A DNA stretch of 64,000 nucleotides from Malacoraja senta (Eukaryota), in assembly GCA_038087875.1 (NCBI GenBank), contig CM075988.1, positions 5,704,001 to 5,768,000 of the forward strand. The letters run 5' to 3'. The notes below the pieces were generated by a model. It did no database searches and was not told where the DNA came from. It saw nothing but the letters and a program-made list of their open reading frames with translations. This document shows, piece after piece, positions 1 through 12,876 of the stretch; position 1 is the first letter of the stretch; every line of letters starts with the position of its first letter. The translations under genes were made by a program, and so were the position numbers.

Positions 1-129
1 CCCTCTCTTCCCTTTCTCCCTCTCACTCACTCACTCTCTCCCTCTCTTAGTCACTTGTTCACTCTCTCTCTTTCTCTACCACCCACTCTCAGTCTCTCCC
101 TCTCTCCCTCTCTCTCGCTCTCATTCTCT

Positions 130-203
<74 letters not shown>

Positions 204-253
204 CTCTTTCTCTCTCTCTCTCACTCACCCTCTTTCTCACCCTCTCTCTTTCT
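1..253. repeat. (CT)n microsatellite
   Basis: Visible dinucleotide tract. Confidence 0.95.
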
Positions 254-463
254 AGGTCAGCCATGATTGAATGGTGGAATAGACTTGGAGGGCCTAATGG
301 CCTGATTCTGCTCCTATGACCTTATGAACGGATGCTGGGCTCAGCTGGTGCTCCCTCTCCACACGGAGGCAAGGGGGCCTTTGACGTGGCTGCTACTTTG
401 GAGGTCACTGCAGTGAAGCCACCATGTTTCCATGGCGTGATCAGAGGCCAGGCTGGATTTTGT

Positions 464-781
464 AGAGATACAGCATGGAAGCAGGCCCTTCGGCCCACCC
501 AGTTAATACTGACTATCGAATACCTGTTCACACCGGTGTGATGTTATCCCACATTCACATACACTCCCTACACACTAGGGACAATTCACAGAGGGCCAAT
601 TAACCTACAAACCCACACGTCTTTGGGATGTGGGAGCAAACCGGAGAACCCGGAAGAAACACACGCAGACAGTGGGAGAATGTGCAAACTCCACACAGAC
701 AGCACCCGAGGTCAGGAATGAACAAAGCCGGGTCTCTGGCGCTGTGAGGCAGCAGCTCTACCCGCTGCACCACTGTGCCCG
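464..781 (-). mobile_element. tRNA-derived V-SINE (HE1-like)
   Basis: Reverse complement has a tRNA-like head, the V-domain-like core ccgggttctccggtttgctcccac and the tail gggccgaagggcctg...tgtatctcta. Confidence 0.8.
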
Positions 782-1170
782 CTGGCTTCTGTAAATTGTC
801 CCTAGTGTGTAGGATAGAGTTAGTGTACGGGATGATCGCTGTCCGGTGCAGCCTGGTGGGCTGAAGGGCCTGTTTCCGTGCTGTTTCTGTATTTCTAAAG
901 CAGGTTGAAGAGCTGATAACCTGGTCATTTTCATTCAGAGCCAGCACAGAACTGGAAGAAGAACCATGGGCGGAATCAGCAGCTGGGATGTTGATTGGGC
1001 CCACTATAGAGTGACTGACAAGGAAGAAGTGGTATCATTCAGTTTAACATCACTCCATCATCTTGGTCGACATTAAAGCAAACTTTGGGAGTGTAGTTTG
1101 AAGATACCCAGTGTGGCAGGGGAGGCTGGAGATGCTTGTAGATTCTCAGCATGTCATGAGGTCTCCAAGC

Positions 1171-1476
1171 TTAGTTTCGAGAAACAGCATGGAAACAGGC
1201 CCTTCGGCCCACCGAGTCTATACCGACCATCGATCACACCAGTTCTATGTCATCCCACTTTCTCATCAACTCCCTGCACACTGGGGGCAATTTACAGAGG
1301 GCAATTAACTTACAAACCCGCATGTCGATGGGATGTGGGAGGAAACCGGAGCGCCCGGAGAAAACCCATGCGGTCACAAGGAGAGCATGCAAACTCCACA
1401 CAGACAGCGCCTGAGGTCAGGATCGAACCCGGCGCTGTGAGGCAGCAGCTCTACCAGCTGTGCCTCTGTGCCGCCC
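1171..1476 (-). mobile_element. V-SINE (HE1-like)
   Basis: Same head, core and tail as the other copies. Confidence 0.75.
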
Positions 1477-3443
1477 TGATTATGAGAAGCCTGGCTTCTA
1501 GTGGCCGCCCATAGCCGGGGTCTACTTCAAGGGGAGGTCGAAGGTGAAGACCAGGGGAGAAGGAAGATGGTGCCACTGTTCCCAACAGAGGCTTCCTGTG
1601 TCCGAGGGAGGAACTTTGGAGAACAAGAAACTCCTCACTTTTTGAAATTGGCAAATAGTGTCAACCATATCAAATGCCATCAGTCTGAAGAAGGGTCCCG
1701 ACCTGAAATGTCACCCATCCTTTATCTCCAGACACACTTTGTGTCTATCTTCATGTTAAATTAGTATCTGCTGTTCCTTCCTAGATGGGTGTCAGAGGTT
1801 ATGGAGAGAAGGCAGGAGAATGGGGTTAGGAGGGAGGGAGAGATAGATCAGCCATGATTGAATGGCGGAGTAGACTTGATGGGCCGAATGGCCTAATTCT
1901 GCTCCTATCACTTATGAACTTCTGATCTTAGACAACATCATATCAATGAATGTTTAAAACTGGAAATAAGCTGTTTTTTATTGATGGTCATGCTGCTACA
2001 GCAGGTTTTGTTCAGTTTAACATTCGTCAGAAGCTGCCGTCTGGTCTTGTCGGTTACTGCCAACTATAAAGCTGTCCGCCCAGCGACAGCACGTAAATCA
2101 CTCGTCGTCAGGGGACCTCGGCAGCTCCCTGGAACCCACCCCTGCTGATGGTTCCCACACGGGCAGCGCACACACAGCTCCTCCGCCAAGCCTGATAAAG
2201 GCCCTCAGTCAGTCGCCTGTCCTGGCGGTCTCAGCCACAAACAGCTGCAGCCCGTGATAACACCCAGGGTAGTAATTCTCCACCTTCGAACCGCTCCACT
2301 GAGCTGTCACCCCCTCACCCAACACTGCCGCCTCCTGCTTCATTTCAAAACCATTTGAAGTCAAGTTTATTCAAGTCAAGTTTATTCGTCACATACACAT
2401 ACGAGATATGCAGTGAAATGAGAATGCCAAGAATTCTCACCCCCCCCCCCCCGATAATTTTCCCACATCCGTCCGTCCCATCCCGGAGAAGAAGACCCCC
2501 GTGGGAGGGGGCTTGATGGATCTCGGCACCGGAGCCCCAGGAGCTTTGAAGGTTGTGTCGGTCGTGCGCAGAGCGATGTTAGCGAGATGTTGGGACCAGC
2601 ATGCTAGTCACAGTCATAGAGTCGTACGGCACGGAAGGTCGGCAGGAACAGGGATAGAATTAGGCCATTCAGCCCATCAAGTCTACTCCACCATTCATTC
2701 AAACATCCTCTCCACACCCACTCTATCCAAGCCTTTCACTATTCTGTATGTTTCAATGAGGTCCCCCCCTCAATCTTCTAAACTCCAGCGAGTACAGGCC
2801 CGGTGCTGACAAACGCTCATCATACGTTAACCTACTCATTCCTGGGATCAATCTTGTAAACCTCCTCTGGACCCTCTCCAGAACCAGCACATCCTTCCTC
2901 AAAAATGGTGCCCAGAATAGCTCACAATATTCTAAATGCTGCCATACCAGCGCCCTATGGAGCCTCAACATCAACAGAAACAGGCCCTTTGGCTCACCTT
3001 GCCCACACCGGCCAACATGCCCCATTTTACACTTGTCCCACCTGCCTGCATTTGGCCCATACCCCTCTAAACCCGCCCTATCCATGTACCTGTCAAAATG
3101 TTTCTTCAAACATTGTGTTACTGCCTGGACTCGTTCCATACATCCTGTGTGATAAATGTACTCTTCAGGTTCCTATTAAATCTTTCCCCCACTCACCTTA
3201 AACCCATGTCCTCTGGTTCTTGATTCCTCTACTCTGGGCAAAAGGCTCTGAGCGTCTTCCCGATCTATTCTGGTTCCTGATTTAATTACTCTGGATAAAA
3301 GATTCGGTGCATCTGCCCTAACCCCCCTTGATTTTGTACCCCTCTACAAGATCAACCTCAGCCTCCTGGGCTCTGAATGAAAAAGTTGCCCCTCGGGTTC
3401 CTATTAAATCTTTCTCCTCTCACCTTAAACCTATATTCCCTGG

Positions 3444-3628
3444 TACACAAAAATGCTGGAGAAACTCAGCGGGTGCAGCAGCATCTATGGAGCGAAGGAA
3501 ATAGGCAACGTTTCGGCCCGAAACGTTGCCTATTTCCTTCGCTCCATAGATGCTGCTGCACCCGCTGAGTTTCTCCAGCGTTTTTGTGTACCTTCGATTT
3601 TCCAGCATCTGCAGTTCCTTCTTTAACA
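3444..3628. mobile_element. Penelope-derived fold-back insertion with 13-bp TSD
   Basis: TSD ctatattccctgg at 3431-3443 and 3629-3641. The palindrome 3442-3592 has 75-bp arms, and the sequence matches the pLTR-like motif next to Penelope ORF remnants elsewhere in the window. Confidence 0.8.
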
Positions 3629-4058
3629 CTATATTCCCTGGTTCTTGATTCCCCTACTCTGGGTAAAAGACTGCCCTATCTATTCCCCACATAAGTCCCT
3701 ATAAGATCACTCTCAACCTCCTGCAGTCCAAGGGATGAAGTCTAGCCTGTCTAACCTCTCCCTGTAGCTCAGGCCCTCGAGTCCTGGCAACATGCTCGTA
3801 AATCTTCTCCGCACCCTTTATAGTTTAACCACGTCATACTGTTTGATGTTCTGCCGGAGGTCTTGAGAGCCTGTGCGTGCTCCTGCTTGACCAATGAGGT
3901 GCACAAAGTCTGCATGGAAATCCCCAGTAGAGTGCAATATCTGAGAGCCCGTCATTTCTCACCCTTACCACAGTCGAGGACAATGAAACAAAGCCTGGTG
4001 TTGACCCACTGCTATACCCAGCCTGTCTGCTCCACAAATCATCTAACATTTCCACAAG

Positions 4059-4876
4059 GCGGCAGGGTGGCGTAGTGGCAAAGCAACTGCCTTGCAGCGC
4101 CAGCGACCCGGGTTCGATCCTGACTACGGGTGCTGTCTGTACGGAGTTAGAGTACATCCTCCCATATAACCATATAACCATAACAGCACGAAAACAGGCC
4201 ATCTCGGCCCTTCAAGTCCGTGCCGAACACTTTTCCCTTTTTTTTTCTTTTTTTTTTAAATTTACTTCCCCCTAGTCCCATCTACCTGCACTCAGACCAT
4301 AACCCTCCATTCCTTTCCCGTCCATATACCCATCCAATCTATTTTTAAAGGATAAAATCGAACCTGCCTCCACCACTTCCACTGGAAGCTCATTCCACAC
4401 AGCTACCACTCTCTGAGTAAAGAAGTTCCCCCTAATGTTACCCCTAAACTTCTGTCCCTTAATTCTCAAGTCATGTCCCCTTGTTTGATTCTTCCCTACT
4501 CTCAATGGGAAAAGCTTATCCATGTCCACTCTGTCTAACCCGCTCATAATTTTAAAGACCTCTATCAAGTCCCCTCTTAACCTTCTGCGCTCCAAAGAAT
4601 AAAGACCTAACTTGTTCAACCTTTCTCTGTAACTTAGTTGCTGAAACCCAGGCAACATTCTAGTAAACCTGTGACCTGTGTGGATTTTCTCTGAGATCTT
4701 CAGTTTTCTCCCACAGTCCAAAGATGTACAGGTTTGTAGGCTAATTGGCTTGGTATAAATGTAAAATTGACCCCAGTGTGTGTAGGATAGTGTTAATATG
4801 TGGGGATCGCTGGTCGGTTTGGACTCAGTAGGCCGTAGGGCCTGTTTCCGCACTGTATCTCTAAACTAAACTAAAA
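4059..4876 (+). mobile_element. V-SINE interrupted by an antisense CR1 3' fragment (about 4148-4668)
   Basis: SINE head at 4059-4147, resuming near 4669. The insert encodes the CR1 ORF2 C-terminus (RFTRMLPG...LYSLERRRLRGDLIEVFK). Confidence 0.8.
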
Positions 4877-4976
4877 AGATAATTGTTAGCTCTTTGAAGG
4901 TGACAATTATACCCAGCCTGTCTGCTCCATAAATCATCTAATATTTCCACATCTACAACACTCTGTCTCAACTTTT

Positions 4977-5822
4977 AGATTTAGGTTTAGGTCTATTATT
5001 GTCACATGTGCAGTGAAAAGCTTTGTTTTGCATGCTATCCAATCTTTTCAGATAATAATGTACATAAAGACAAATCAAGCCAACTCAAGTGCAACAGATG
5101 AACACAGAGGAAGATACAGGGTGCAGAATATAGTTCTCAGCATTGTAACGCATCAGTTCCAGAGACAAGGTTCAATGTCCACAATGGGGCGCAGGTGAAT
5201 CAGACAGTGCCCTAGCTAATGGAAGGACCATCCAGAAGCATGATAACAGAGGGGGGGGGGCTGTTCTTGAGTCTGGTGGTGTTCTTTGTCAAGCTTTTGT
5301 TTCTTCTGCCCAATGAGAAGAGGGAGAAAAAGGAATGACCAGGGAGGGACAAGACTTTGATTATGTTGGTTGCATTTCCAAGAAGAGTGAAGTGTAGATG
5401 GATTCAATGGCGAGGAGTGTGGACTGTGTGATGGACTGGGCTCCATCTACAATGGCGGGGAGTCTGGTCTGTGTGATGGACTGGGCTCCATCTACAGCTC
5501 TCTGCAAGTACCTGCAGTCTTGGGCAGAAATGTTCCCAAACCAAGCTGTGAAGCAACCCGTGGCACATCTATGGCGCATCTGTCGAAGTTTGTAAGAGTC
5601 AATGGAGATATACCAAACTTCATCAGTCTCCTGAGGAGGCAGAGGCATCGGTGTGCTTTCTTGGTTGTCTCATCTATAGGGTTGGTCCATAACAGATCAT
5701 TGGTATATATTGACTCCAAGGAACGTGAAGCTTTCAACCACTTCCACTTCGGCACCATTGATTCTGATCGGGGCATGTACACCACCATGCTTCCAGAAGC
5801 CAATAACCAGCTCCTTCACCGT
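4977..5822 (-). mobile_element. Rex1/Babar-like LINE 3' fragment
   Basis: Remnant LRRLMKFGISPLTLTNFDRC...GCFTAWFGN; 3' UTR ends ttcactgcacatgtgacaataatagacctaaacctaaa. Confidence 0.7.
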
Positions 5823-5830
5823 GCTGAATA

Positions 5831-6190
5831 GTGAAAGGCTTGGATAGTGTGGATGCGGAGAGAATGTTTCCACTAGTGGGGGAGTCTAGGACTAGAGGTC
5901 ATAGCCTCAGAATTAAAGGACATTCTTTTAGGAAAGAGATGAGGACAAATATCTTTAGTCAGAGGGTGGTGAATCTGTGGAATTCTTTGCCACAGAAGGC
6001 TGTGGAGGCCAAGTCAGTTGATATTTTTAAGGCAGAGATAGATACATTTTTGATTAATATGGGTGTCAGGGGTTATGGGAAGAAGGCAGGAGAACGGGGT
6101 TAGGAGGGGGAGATAGATCAACCATGATTGAATGGTGGAGTAGACTTGATGGGCCGAACGGCCTAATTCTACTCCTATCAATTATGACCT
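5831..6190 (+). mobile_element. CR1 LINE 3' end
   Basis: MKGLDSVDAERMFPLVGESRTRGHSL...QRVVNLWNSLP plus CR1 3' UTR. Confidence 0.85.
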
Positions 6191-6384
6191 TATTGAGGGA
6201 GATGCTATTGTCCTGGCACCATGTCATTAAGTTCTCTTTCTCCTTCCTGTACTCCATCTCCTCATTGTCCATTGTCCGGTCCTCCACAGTGGTGTCATCT
6301 GCAAACTTGTGGATGGAGTTGAATTTGTGGATGGAGGCTGAATTTGCCCAAGCAGTCGTGAGTGAGCGAATGAATGAATGAATA

Positions 6385-7000
6385 CTTTATTGTTTTTTTT
6401 GTTTTTAAATTTTTATTTATTAGAAGTACATTACATTACAACCACATACATTAGTACTCGTCATTTATATCTTCTTACAATTAATGTACTCCATTTATTT
6501 TTTACACTAGAAAAGGAAAAGATTGAAAGAAAGAAGAAAGTGAAGGAAAAAGTGAAAGTGTAGGAAATGTGACAACAAAAAAGGACGAAGACCCTATAAG
6601 AGCAAAATTAAAAACAAAAGAAAAAGAGTTAAGAAATAGACCCTAGGAAAGAAAGAGAGAGAGAAAGAGGAAAAAGAGAGAAACAAATATTTTTATGAGC
6701 ATTACGTAAATGGGACATACCAACTCTTCAACTAGCATCCCCCCTTAAGATCATTTTTATTGCGTTTATTCGGCCTATTAAAGACATCGGGAGCGTTTTC
6801 CAGAATTTAATTAGTGTGTTTAATATATTAAGTAAGGGGTCAAAATTTGCCCTAAACATACCTTGATATGATCTGGTAATTTCGATTCCCAAATATTTAA
6901 AGTTTTCTGTAGCTATTTCAAAAGGGAATTTTAAAAGATGTGTTGAATCTTTCGGTTTTATTGACATAATTTCACTTTTATTCCAATTTATTCTATATCC
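6385..7000 (-). mobile_element. L1-clade LINE remnant (ORF2 fragment plus A-rich 3' end)
   Basis: FKYLGIEIT...WKTLPMSLIGRINAIKMIL is typical of L1 ORF2; AATAAA and an A-rich tail lie near 6390-6425 on the minus strand. Confidence 0.7.
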
Positions 7001-7056
7001 ATTGTGACATGTGAAATTATTTGTTTACATACCCAAGGTATGCGAATAGTCGCCCA

Positions 7057-7716
7057 TAGAAAGTGAATGGTATGTTAGCATTCATAGCAAAGGGATTTGA
7101 GTATAGGAGCAGGGAGGTTCTACTGCAGTTGTACAGGGCCTTGGTGAGACCACACCTGGAGTATTGTGTACAGTTTTGGTCTCCTAATCTGAGGAAAGAT
7201 ATTCTTGCCATAGAGGGAGTACAGAGAAGGTTCACCAGACTGTTTCCTAGGATGGCAGGACTTTCATATGAAGAAAGACTGGATAGACTTGGCTTGTACT
7301 CGCTAGAATTTAGAAGATTGAGGGGGGATCTTATAGAAACTTACAAAATTCTTAAGGGGTTGGACAGGCTAGATGCAGGAAGATTGTTCCCGATGTTGGG
7401 GAAGTCCAGAACAAGGGGTCACAGTTTAAGGATAAGGGGGAAGTCTTTTAGGACCGAGATGAGAAAAACATTTTGCACACAGAGAGTGGTGAATCAGTGG
7501 AATTCTCTGCCACAGAGGTGGTTGAGGCCAGTTCATTGGCTATATTTAAGAGGGTTAGATGTGGCCCTTGTGGCTAAAGGGATCAGGGGGTATGGAGAGA
7601 AGGCAGGTTACAGGATACTGAGTTGGATGATCAGCCATGATCATATTGAATGGCGGTGCAGGCTCGAAGGGCTGAATGGCCTACTCCTGCACCTATTTTC
7701 TATGTTTCTATGTTTC
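7057..7716 (+). mobile_element. Young CR1 LINE 3' fragment
   Basis: LYRALVRPHLEYCVQFWSP...RRLRGDLIETYK; (tatgtttc)n tail. Confidence 0.9.
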
Positions 7717-7789
7717 TAAAGGGCACTTACAAAGCTGTAAGGGGAGTATAGTGGCGGACTGAGAATGCATCTTTGTGGGCTCCGGTGTT

Positions 7790-7932
7790 GAAACATAGAA
7801 ACATAGAAAATAGGTGCAGCAGTAGGCCATTCAGCCCTTCGAGCCTGCACCGCCATTCAATATGATCATGGCTGATCATCCAACTCAGTATCCTGTAACC
7901 TGCCTTCTCTCCATACCCCCTGATCCCTTTAG
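7790..7932 (-). mobile_element. CR1 3' end, inverted near-identical copy of 7574-7716
   Basis: 143-bp inverted repeat with about 1 mismatch. Confidence 0.85.
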
Positions 7933-7959
7933 TTATTGTTTTTTAGTTATAGTTGAGAG

Positions 7960-8332
7960 TTATTGCGGAGGAGGTGTTTTCATATATCCTCACTGATTGA
8001 GGTCTGTGGGTCTTAAAGTCAAGTCTTAAAGTCTTAAAGTCAAGGATCCAGTGGCAGAGGGGAGAGCTGATTCCTAGCTCCACGAGTTTGGAGATGAGTT
8101 TAGATAGGATTCAAAGGCAGAGCTATGGTCAATAAGTAGCAGTATAACATTTGAGTTGGTGTCTCGGTGTTCCAGAGAAGTGGTTGGGGACAGGGAGATG
8201 GGGTCGGCCGTGGACCTGTTGTGACGGTAAGCAAACTGCAGTGGATCAAGACTGGCTGGGAGGTTGTTAATGTGCACCATCAGCAGTCTCTCAAAGCACT
8301 TCATGATGGTGGATGTCAGAGCCACTCGACAG
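7960..8332 (-). mobile_element. Rex1-like RT fragment
   Basis: ALTSTIMKCFERLL...LDPLQFAYRHNRST. Confidence 0.8.
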
Positions 8333-8634
8333 TAGCTCAGAAGGTAAAGGAAATTCTGTCATCAGACTCTTGCAAAGGCCTCTGATCTGACACGGATTAC
8401 TTCCCAATCCTCCAAACTACCAGCTTGTGTCACTTCCACTTTTCCACCTGCACTTTCTCTGCAGCTAGTACAACACAATATTCTGCAATAAGTCTGAACA
8501 AACTATCTTGCCCATTGTTGTTTGAGATAGTGTTGTGTAGGAATAGAGACCATTGCTTTGTTTGCAAGTATCTCAGACTCTCCTTGTCTAAATCTTGCTG
8601 GATTTATGCTTGGGACAAGGACTGATTGGTTTGA

Positions 8635-9430
8635 ACCCTCACTGCACCAGCCTCCGCATCCAACACATCATCCTTCATATTTCAAGCAGTCCTTGCTTTA
8701 CCTCCCTCTCCATCCCCTCCCCCTTCCCAGTTCTCCGACCAGTCTTACTGTCTCCGACAACATTTTATCTCTGTACCGCCCACTCCCCTGGCATCAGTCT
8801 AAAGAAGGGTCTCGACCCGAAACGTCACCCATTCCTTCTCTCCAAAAATGCTGCCTGTCCCACTGAGTTACCCCAGCATTTTGAGTCAAACATCATCCTC
8901 CAACACTTCCAACATGATCCCACCACCAGTGACATCTTCCCATCTCCAACCCTTTCTGCCATCCGCAGGGACCATTCTCTCTGCATCTCTTTGGTTCACT
9001 CATCCCTTCCTACTCAAACCACCCCCTCCCCAGGTCCTTTCTCCTGCAACCGCAGGAGATGTGACACCTCCCCTTATACCTCCTCCCTCACTTCCATCCA
9101 AGGACCCCAGCAACCCTTTCAGGTGAGACAGAGGTTCACATGCACCTCCTCTACTGTATCCGGTGTTCCCGATGTGACCTCCTGTACATCAGAGAGACCA
9201 AGCTTACACTCGGAAACCGTTTCACTGAACACTTACTGTCCTCCAAGGCCTACTGGATCTACTGGTTGCTAACCATTTTAACTCCCCTTCCCATTCCCAC
9301 ACTGACCTTTCTGTCCTGGGTCTCCTCCATTGCCAGAGCGAGGCCACTCACAAACTGGAGGAAACAGCACCTCATATTTCACTTAAAACCCAGCGGTATA
9401 AATGTTGAATCCTCTAATTTTGGGTAACTT
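8635..9430 (+). mobile_element. Penelope-like element remnant (GIY-YIG region plus pLTR-like segment)
   Basis: FSCNRRRCDT...QVRQRFTC and YCIRCSRCDLLYIRETK...GNRFTEHL resemble the Penelope CCHH linker and GIY-YIG endonuclease. Confidence 0.8.
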
Positions 9431-10595
9431 CTACAAACACATCCCTCCCCCTCCTTTCCCTCTCCCTCCCCTCTCTCCCTCCCCATCCCCTTTCCTCCAC
9501 TATAAGTCAGCTAACTAGTTGCACAGTTTGCAATGGTGTCTGTAATTCACAGCTGGTTCTGATCCACAACGCGTGTGACCCACAGCTGGCGTGACCCACA
9601 GCTGGCGTGACCCACATCTGTCTCACGCAGGTGTAGCCACGGTTCTCACGCTTCAGTTTTGGTGAAATTGGGCATGGTTTTTATTTTCGGTGTTCGCTCC
9701 CAGGACCGGTACTGGGCGACAGTGCGATGGTGGTTGTCTGTCCCTCACTGCCCCGGCTGCGGAGCTGTCCACACTGTGGTTCTGGACTCTCACACGGGCC
9801 AAACTGGGGCAGGACCCGAGATCTCCTCCCCCGAACAACATCAGCAGCGCAATGTGTTGTAACAATGCTCTAACCCTTCCTCAGTCTGAAGAAGGGTCTC
9901 AACCTGAAACGCCACCTATTCTTTTTCTCCAGAGATGCTGTCTGATTTACTCCAGCTTTTTGTGTCTATCTTCCTGAGACTGGCTTTGTTTGTTAAAATT
10001 CCAGAACTAACGTGCTTATTACAGTAGGCAGAAGGAACTGCAGATGCTGGTTTGCAAAGAAAGACACAAAGTGCTGGAGTAACTCAGCGGGTCAGGCAGC
10101 ATCTCTGGAGAAGGTGAATAGGCAACATTGTGAGTCTGAAGAAGGGTCCCGACCAAATGTCACCTATCCATCTCCTCCAGAGATGCCACCTGGCCCCCTG
10201 AGTTACTCCAGCACTATGTGCATTTCTTTGCTTACCAGAGCAAGATAGAGGCCATTCATGCCATGCGTCTGTCCCAACCCCAGAAGAACAACCCTATCAA
10301 TCCCACTTGCCCCTCTTCTTATTCTCCTGTACCCCAGAAACTTATACTCTCTCACATGCTTTGATATTTTTGCCACCTGCCTAAACTATTTGAAACATAG
10401 GGGGAAACCGGAGCACCCGGAGGAAACCCACATAGTCCCCTCACAGATAGTCCATGGACTCCACACAGACAGCACCGGAGGTCAGAATGGAACCCAGGTC
10501 TCTGAAGCTGTAAGGCAGCAGTTGTATCAGTCCCATTAATTACAATTCCTACTTCTAGGAACGGCCTTGTGGTGCATGGGAGAGTTGCTGCCTTA

Positions 10596-10823
10596 AGGGC
10601 CTGTCCCACTTTCACGACCTAATTCACGACGTTTTTTACTCGTGGACATTTTTCATCAGGCTAGAAAAACGGCCCGACCTACTTGATGCCACGAGTACCT
10701 ACGACTAGCATCACGGCCTACCTACGACCAACCTACGACCTCGTGACGACCATGCTGCGAGTATGAGTCAAGGGCAAACTCGGCAGAGGTCGTGAATTAG
10801 GTCGTGAAAGTGGGAGGGGCCCT
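10596..10823. mobile_element. PIF/Harbinger-type MITE inserted in a V-SINE head
   Basis: TIR AGGGCCTGTCCCACTTTCACGACCTAATTCACGAC; TSD TTA/TTA. Removing it restores the SINE ttgctgccTTAtagcgccagag. Confidence 0.85.
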
Positions 10824-11462
10824 TTATAGCGCCAGAGACCCAGGTTCGATCCTGACTACAGGTGCTGTCTGTACGGAGTTTGTACGTTCTCCCTGTGACC
10901 GTGTGGGCTTTCCCCGGATGCTCCGGTTTCCTCCTACACTCCAACATGTGTAGCTTGATTGACTTTGGCAAAGATTGTAAATTGTCCCTAGTGTATAGGG
11001 TAGTGCTAGCGCACAGGGATCGCTGGTCAGCGCGGGCACGGTGGGACGAAGGCCCTGTGTCCATGCGGTACCTCTAAATTAAATTTTAAAAACTCTGGAT
11101 CAGTGATGTGTCACTGAAGCGCTGTGCTGCTGCAATTACACGATAACTTAGAAGTTGCAGAAATGGAGATCAGTTCTCAGACACAGTTTGTTGTGTCCAT
11201 TAATTAAACAAATCGTAGTTACCTAATTTGACGAGTTCTCTCAGACTTCCTGGGCCGGCCACCTGTGCCGACTGCACTGAGGACCAGAGGGACTGTCTCG
11301 AGGGGCCGGATGTGTCTCAGGCAATCCTTGAGGGCCATGCACAGCGGATACTTCAGCAGCAGGCCCGGCTGGAGCCAGGAACCTGCCCGGAGTGGGAACT
11401 TCATCCGAGCCCGGCCCTTGCTCGTCCCCGAGAACCGGGAACTGCAGAGGAGGGTGGAGCAG

Positions 11463-11777
11463 CAGGGGCGGAAATCGCTATAAAAACATGGGGGGGGGAC
11501 ACAATTTGGGGGTGCGGCTTCTTAGTGTCCACACGCACACGCACACACACGCGATGTTTCGGAGGTTTCAGCCGTGGGCCCTGTGGATGGTAACATCGGG
11601 AGCTGACCTGGTTGGTGACACCCCCACTGTCTCACGGAAAGTGGAGATTTTAATTAAAAACTTTTCACCGAATTTCAAATTCCGTATTACAAAACATGGA
11701 GGGGATTGTCCCCCACCTCTCAAAACATGTCCCCCATACCCCCCCCCCCCTCCCACCCCCAGGGATTTCCACCCATG
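11463..11777. mobile_element. Possible hAT-like non-autonomous element
   Basis: Imperfect TIRs CAGGGGCGGAAATC / GATTTCCACCCATG; no matching TSD. Confidence 0.4.
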
Positions 11778-12140
11778 TCTGGAGGCGACGGTGGTGATCG
11801 CTGGAACAAAGGGACCAGTAAGAAGAACCAGGGGTTCTTCCCATCCGTGCCTTCAAGATCGGCTGTGGGAGGCGATCCAGGGGCACAAAGGCTGAAGGTG
11901 GCCGGGGAGAGGAGAGGGACGAGGGTTCGGTGGACGATCTGGATGGAGGCGACAGTTACAACTGGCCTTTATGGCCAACTGCAGCTGGGACTTTGAAAAT
12001 GGCGGCAAAACCTGGCGCCTCTTGCATTCTGTAGTTATTTATCTATGGCAATAATTTTACTCAACTGTATGCAGAAAAATAATGTCACTGTAACCTTGGT
12101 ACACGTGGTAATAAAGAACCATTGAGCCATGAGTTGAGAT

Positions 12141-12447
12141 TTTAGTTTAGTTCAGAGATACAGCATGGAAACAGGCCTTCGGGCAACTGAATCCGCGCCG
12201 ACCAGCGATCCCCGCACACTTACACCATCATACACACACAGGGACAATTTACAATTTTACCAAAGCCAATTAATCTACAAACCTGTGCGCCTTCGAAGTG
12301 TGGGAGCAAACCGGAGCTCCTGGAGAAAACCCACGGCAGTACGTACAAACTCCGTACAGACAGCACCCGTAGTCGGGATCGAACCTGCGTCTCTGGCGCT
12401 GTAAGCGCATAAGGCAGTAACTCTGCCACTGTGCCACGGTGCCGCCC
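12141..12447 (-). mobile_element. V-SINE (HE1-like)
   Basis: Full head-to-(ctaaa)n tail copy. Confidence 0.8.
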
Positions 12448-12876
12448 TCAGACATGAGACTCATGTGACTCAGACATCCATGCGGACCTCTTTTGTCCCT
12501 GGATACAGTCTGATTAGTCAGTCGCTCCCAACCTCTGGCTCGGTCACTGCCGGTGATGGGACACCACACACAAGGGCAACTGAGCATCGGGAAGCCGTGG
12601 GAAGATAAGGGTTAAGTGTGCCACTCTAACTGGGCACTCCCATGTGTAGGAAGGAACTGCAGATGCTGGTTTAAACTGAAGATAGACACAAAATGCTGGA
12701 GTCACTCAGTGTGGCCAGGCAGCATCTCTGGAGAAAAGGAATAGATGAAGTTTTAGGTCAAGACCTTTCTTCAGACTTGATCTTCGTTACCTTTTTGCAT
12801 ATATTTCATTCATTTGTCCTTTATCTCTCAACATCACCGTCTATATCTCTCGTTTCCCTTTCCCCTGACTCTCAGT

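Noticed and set aside
9575..9620. 16-bp unit repeated three times (gtgacccacagctggc)
   Set aside because: Ordinary short slippage repeat
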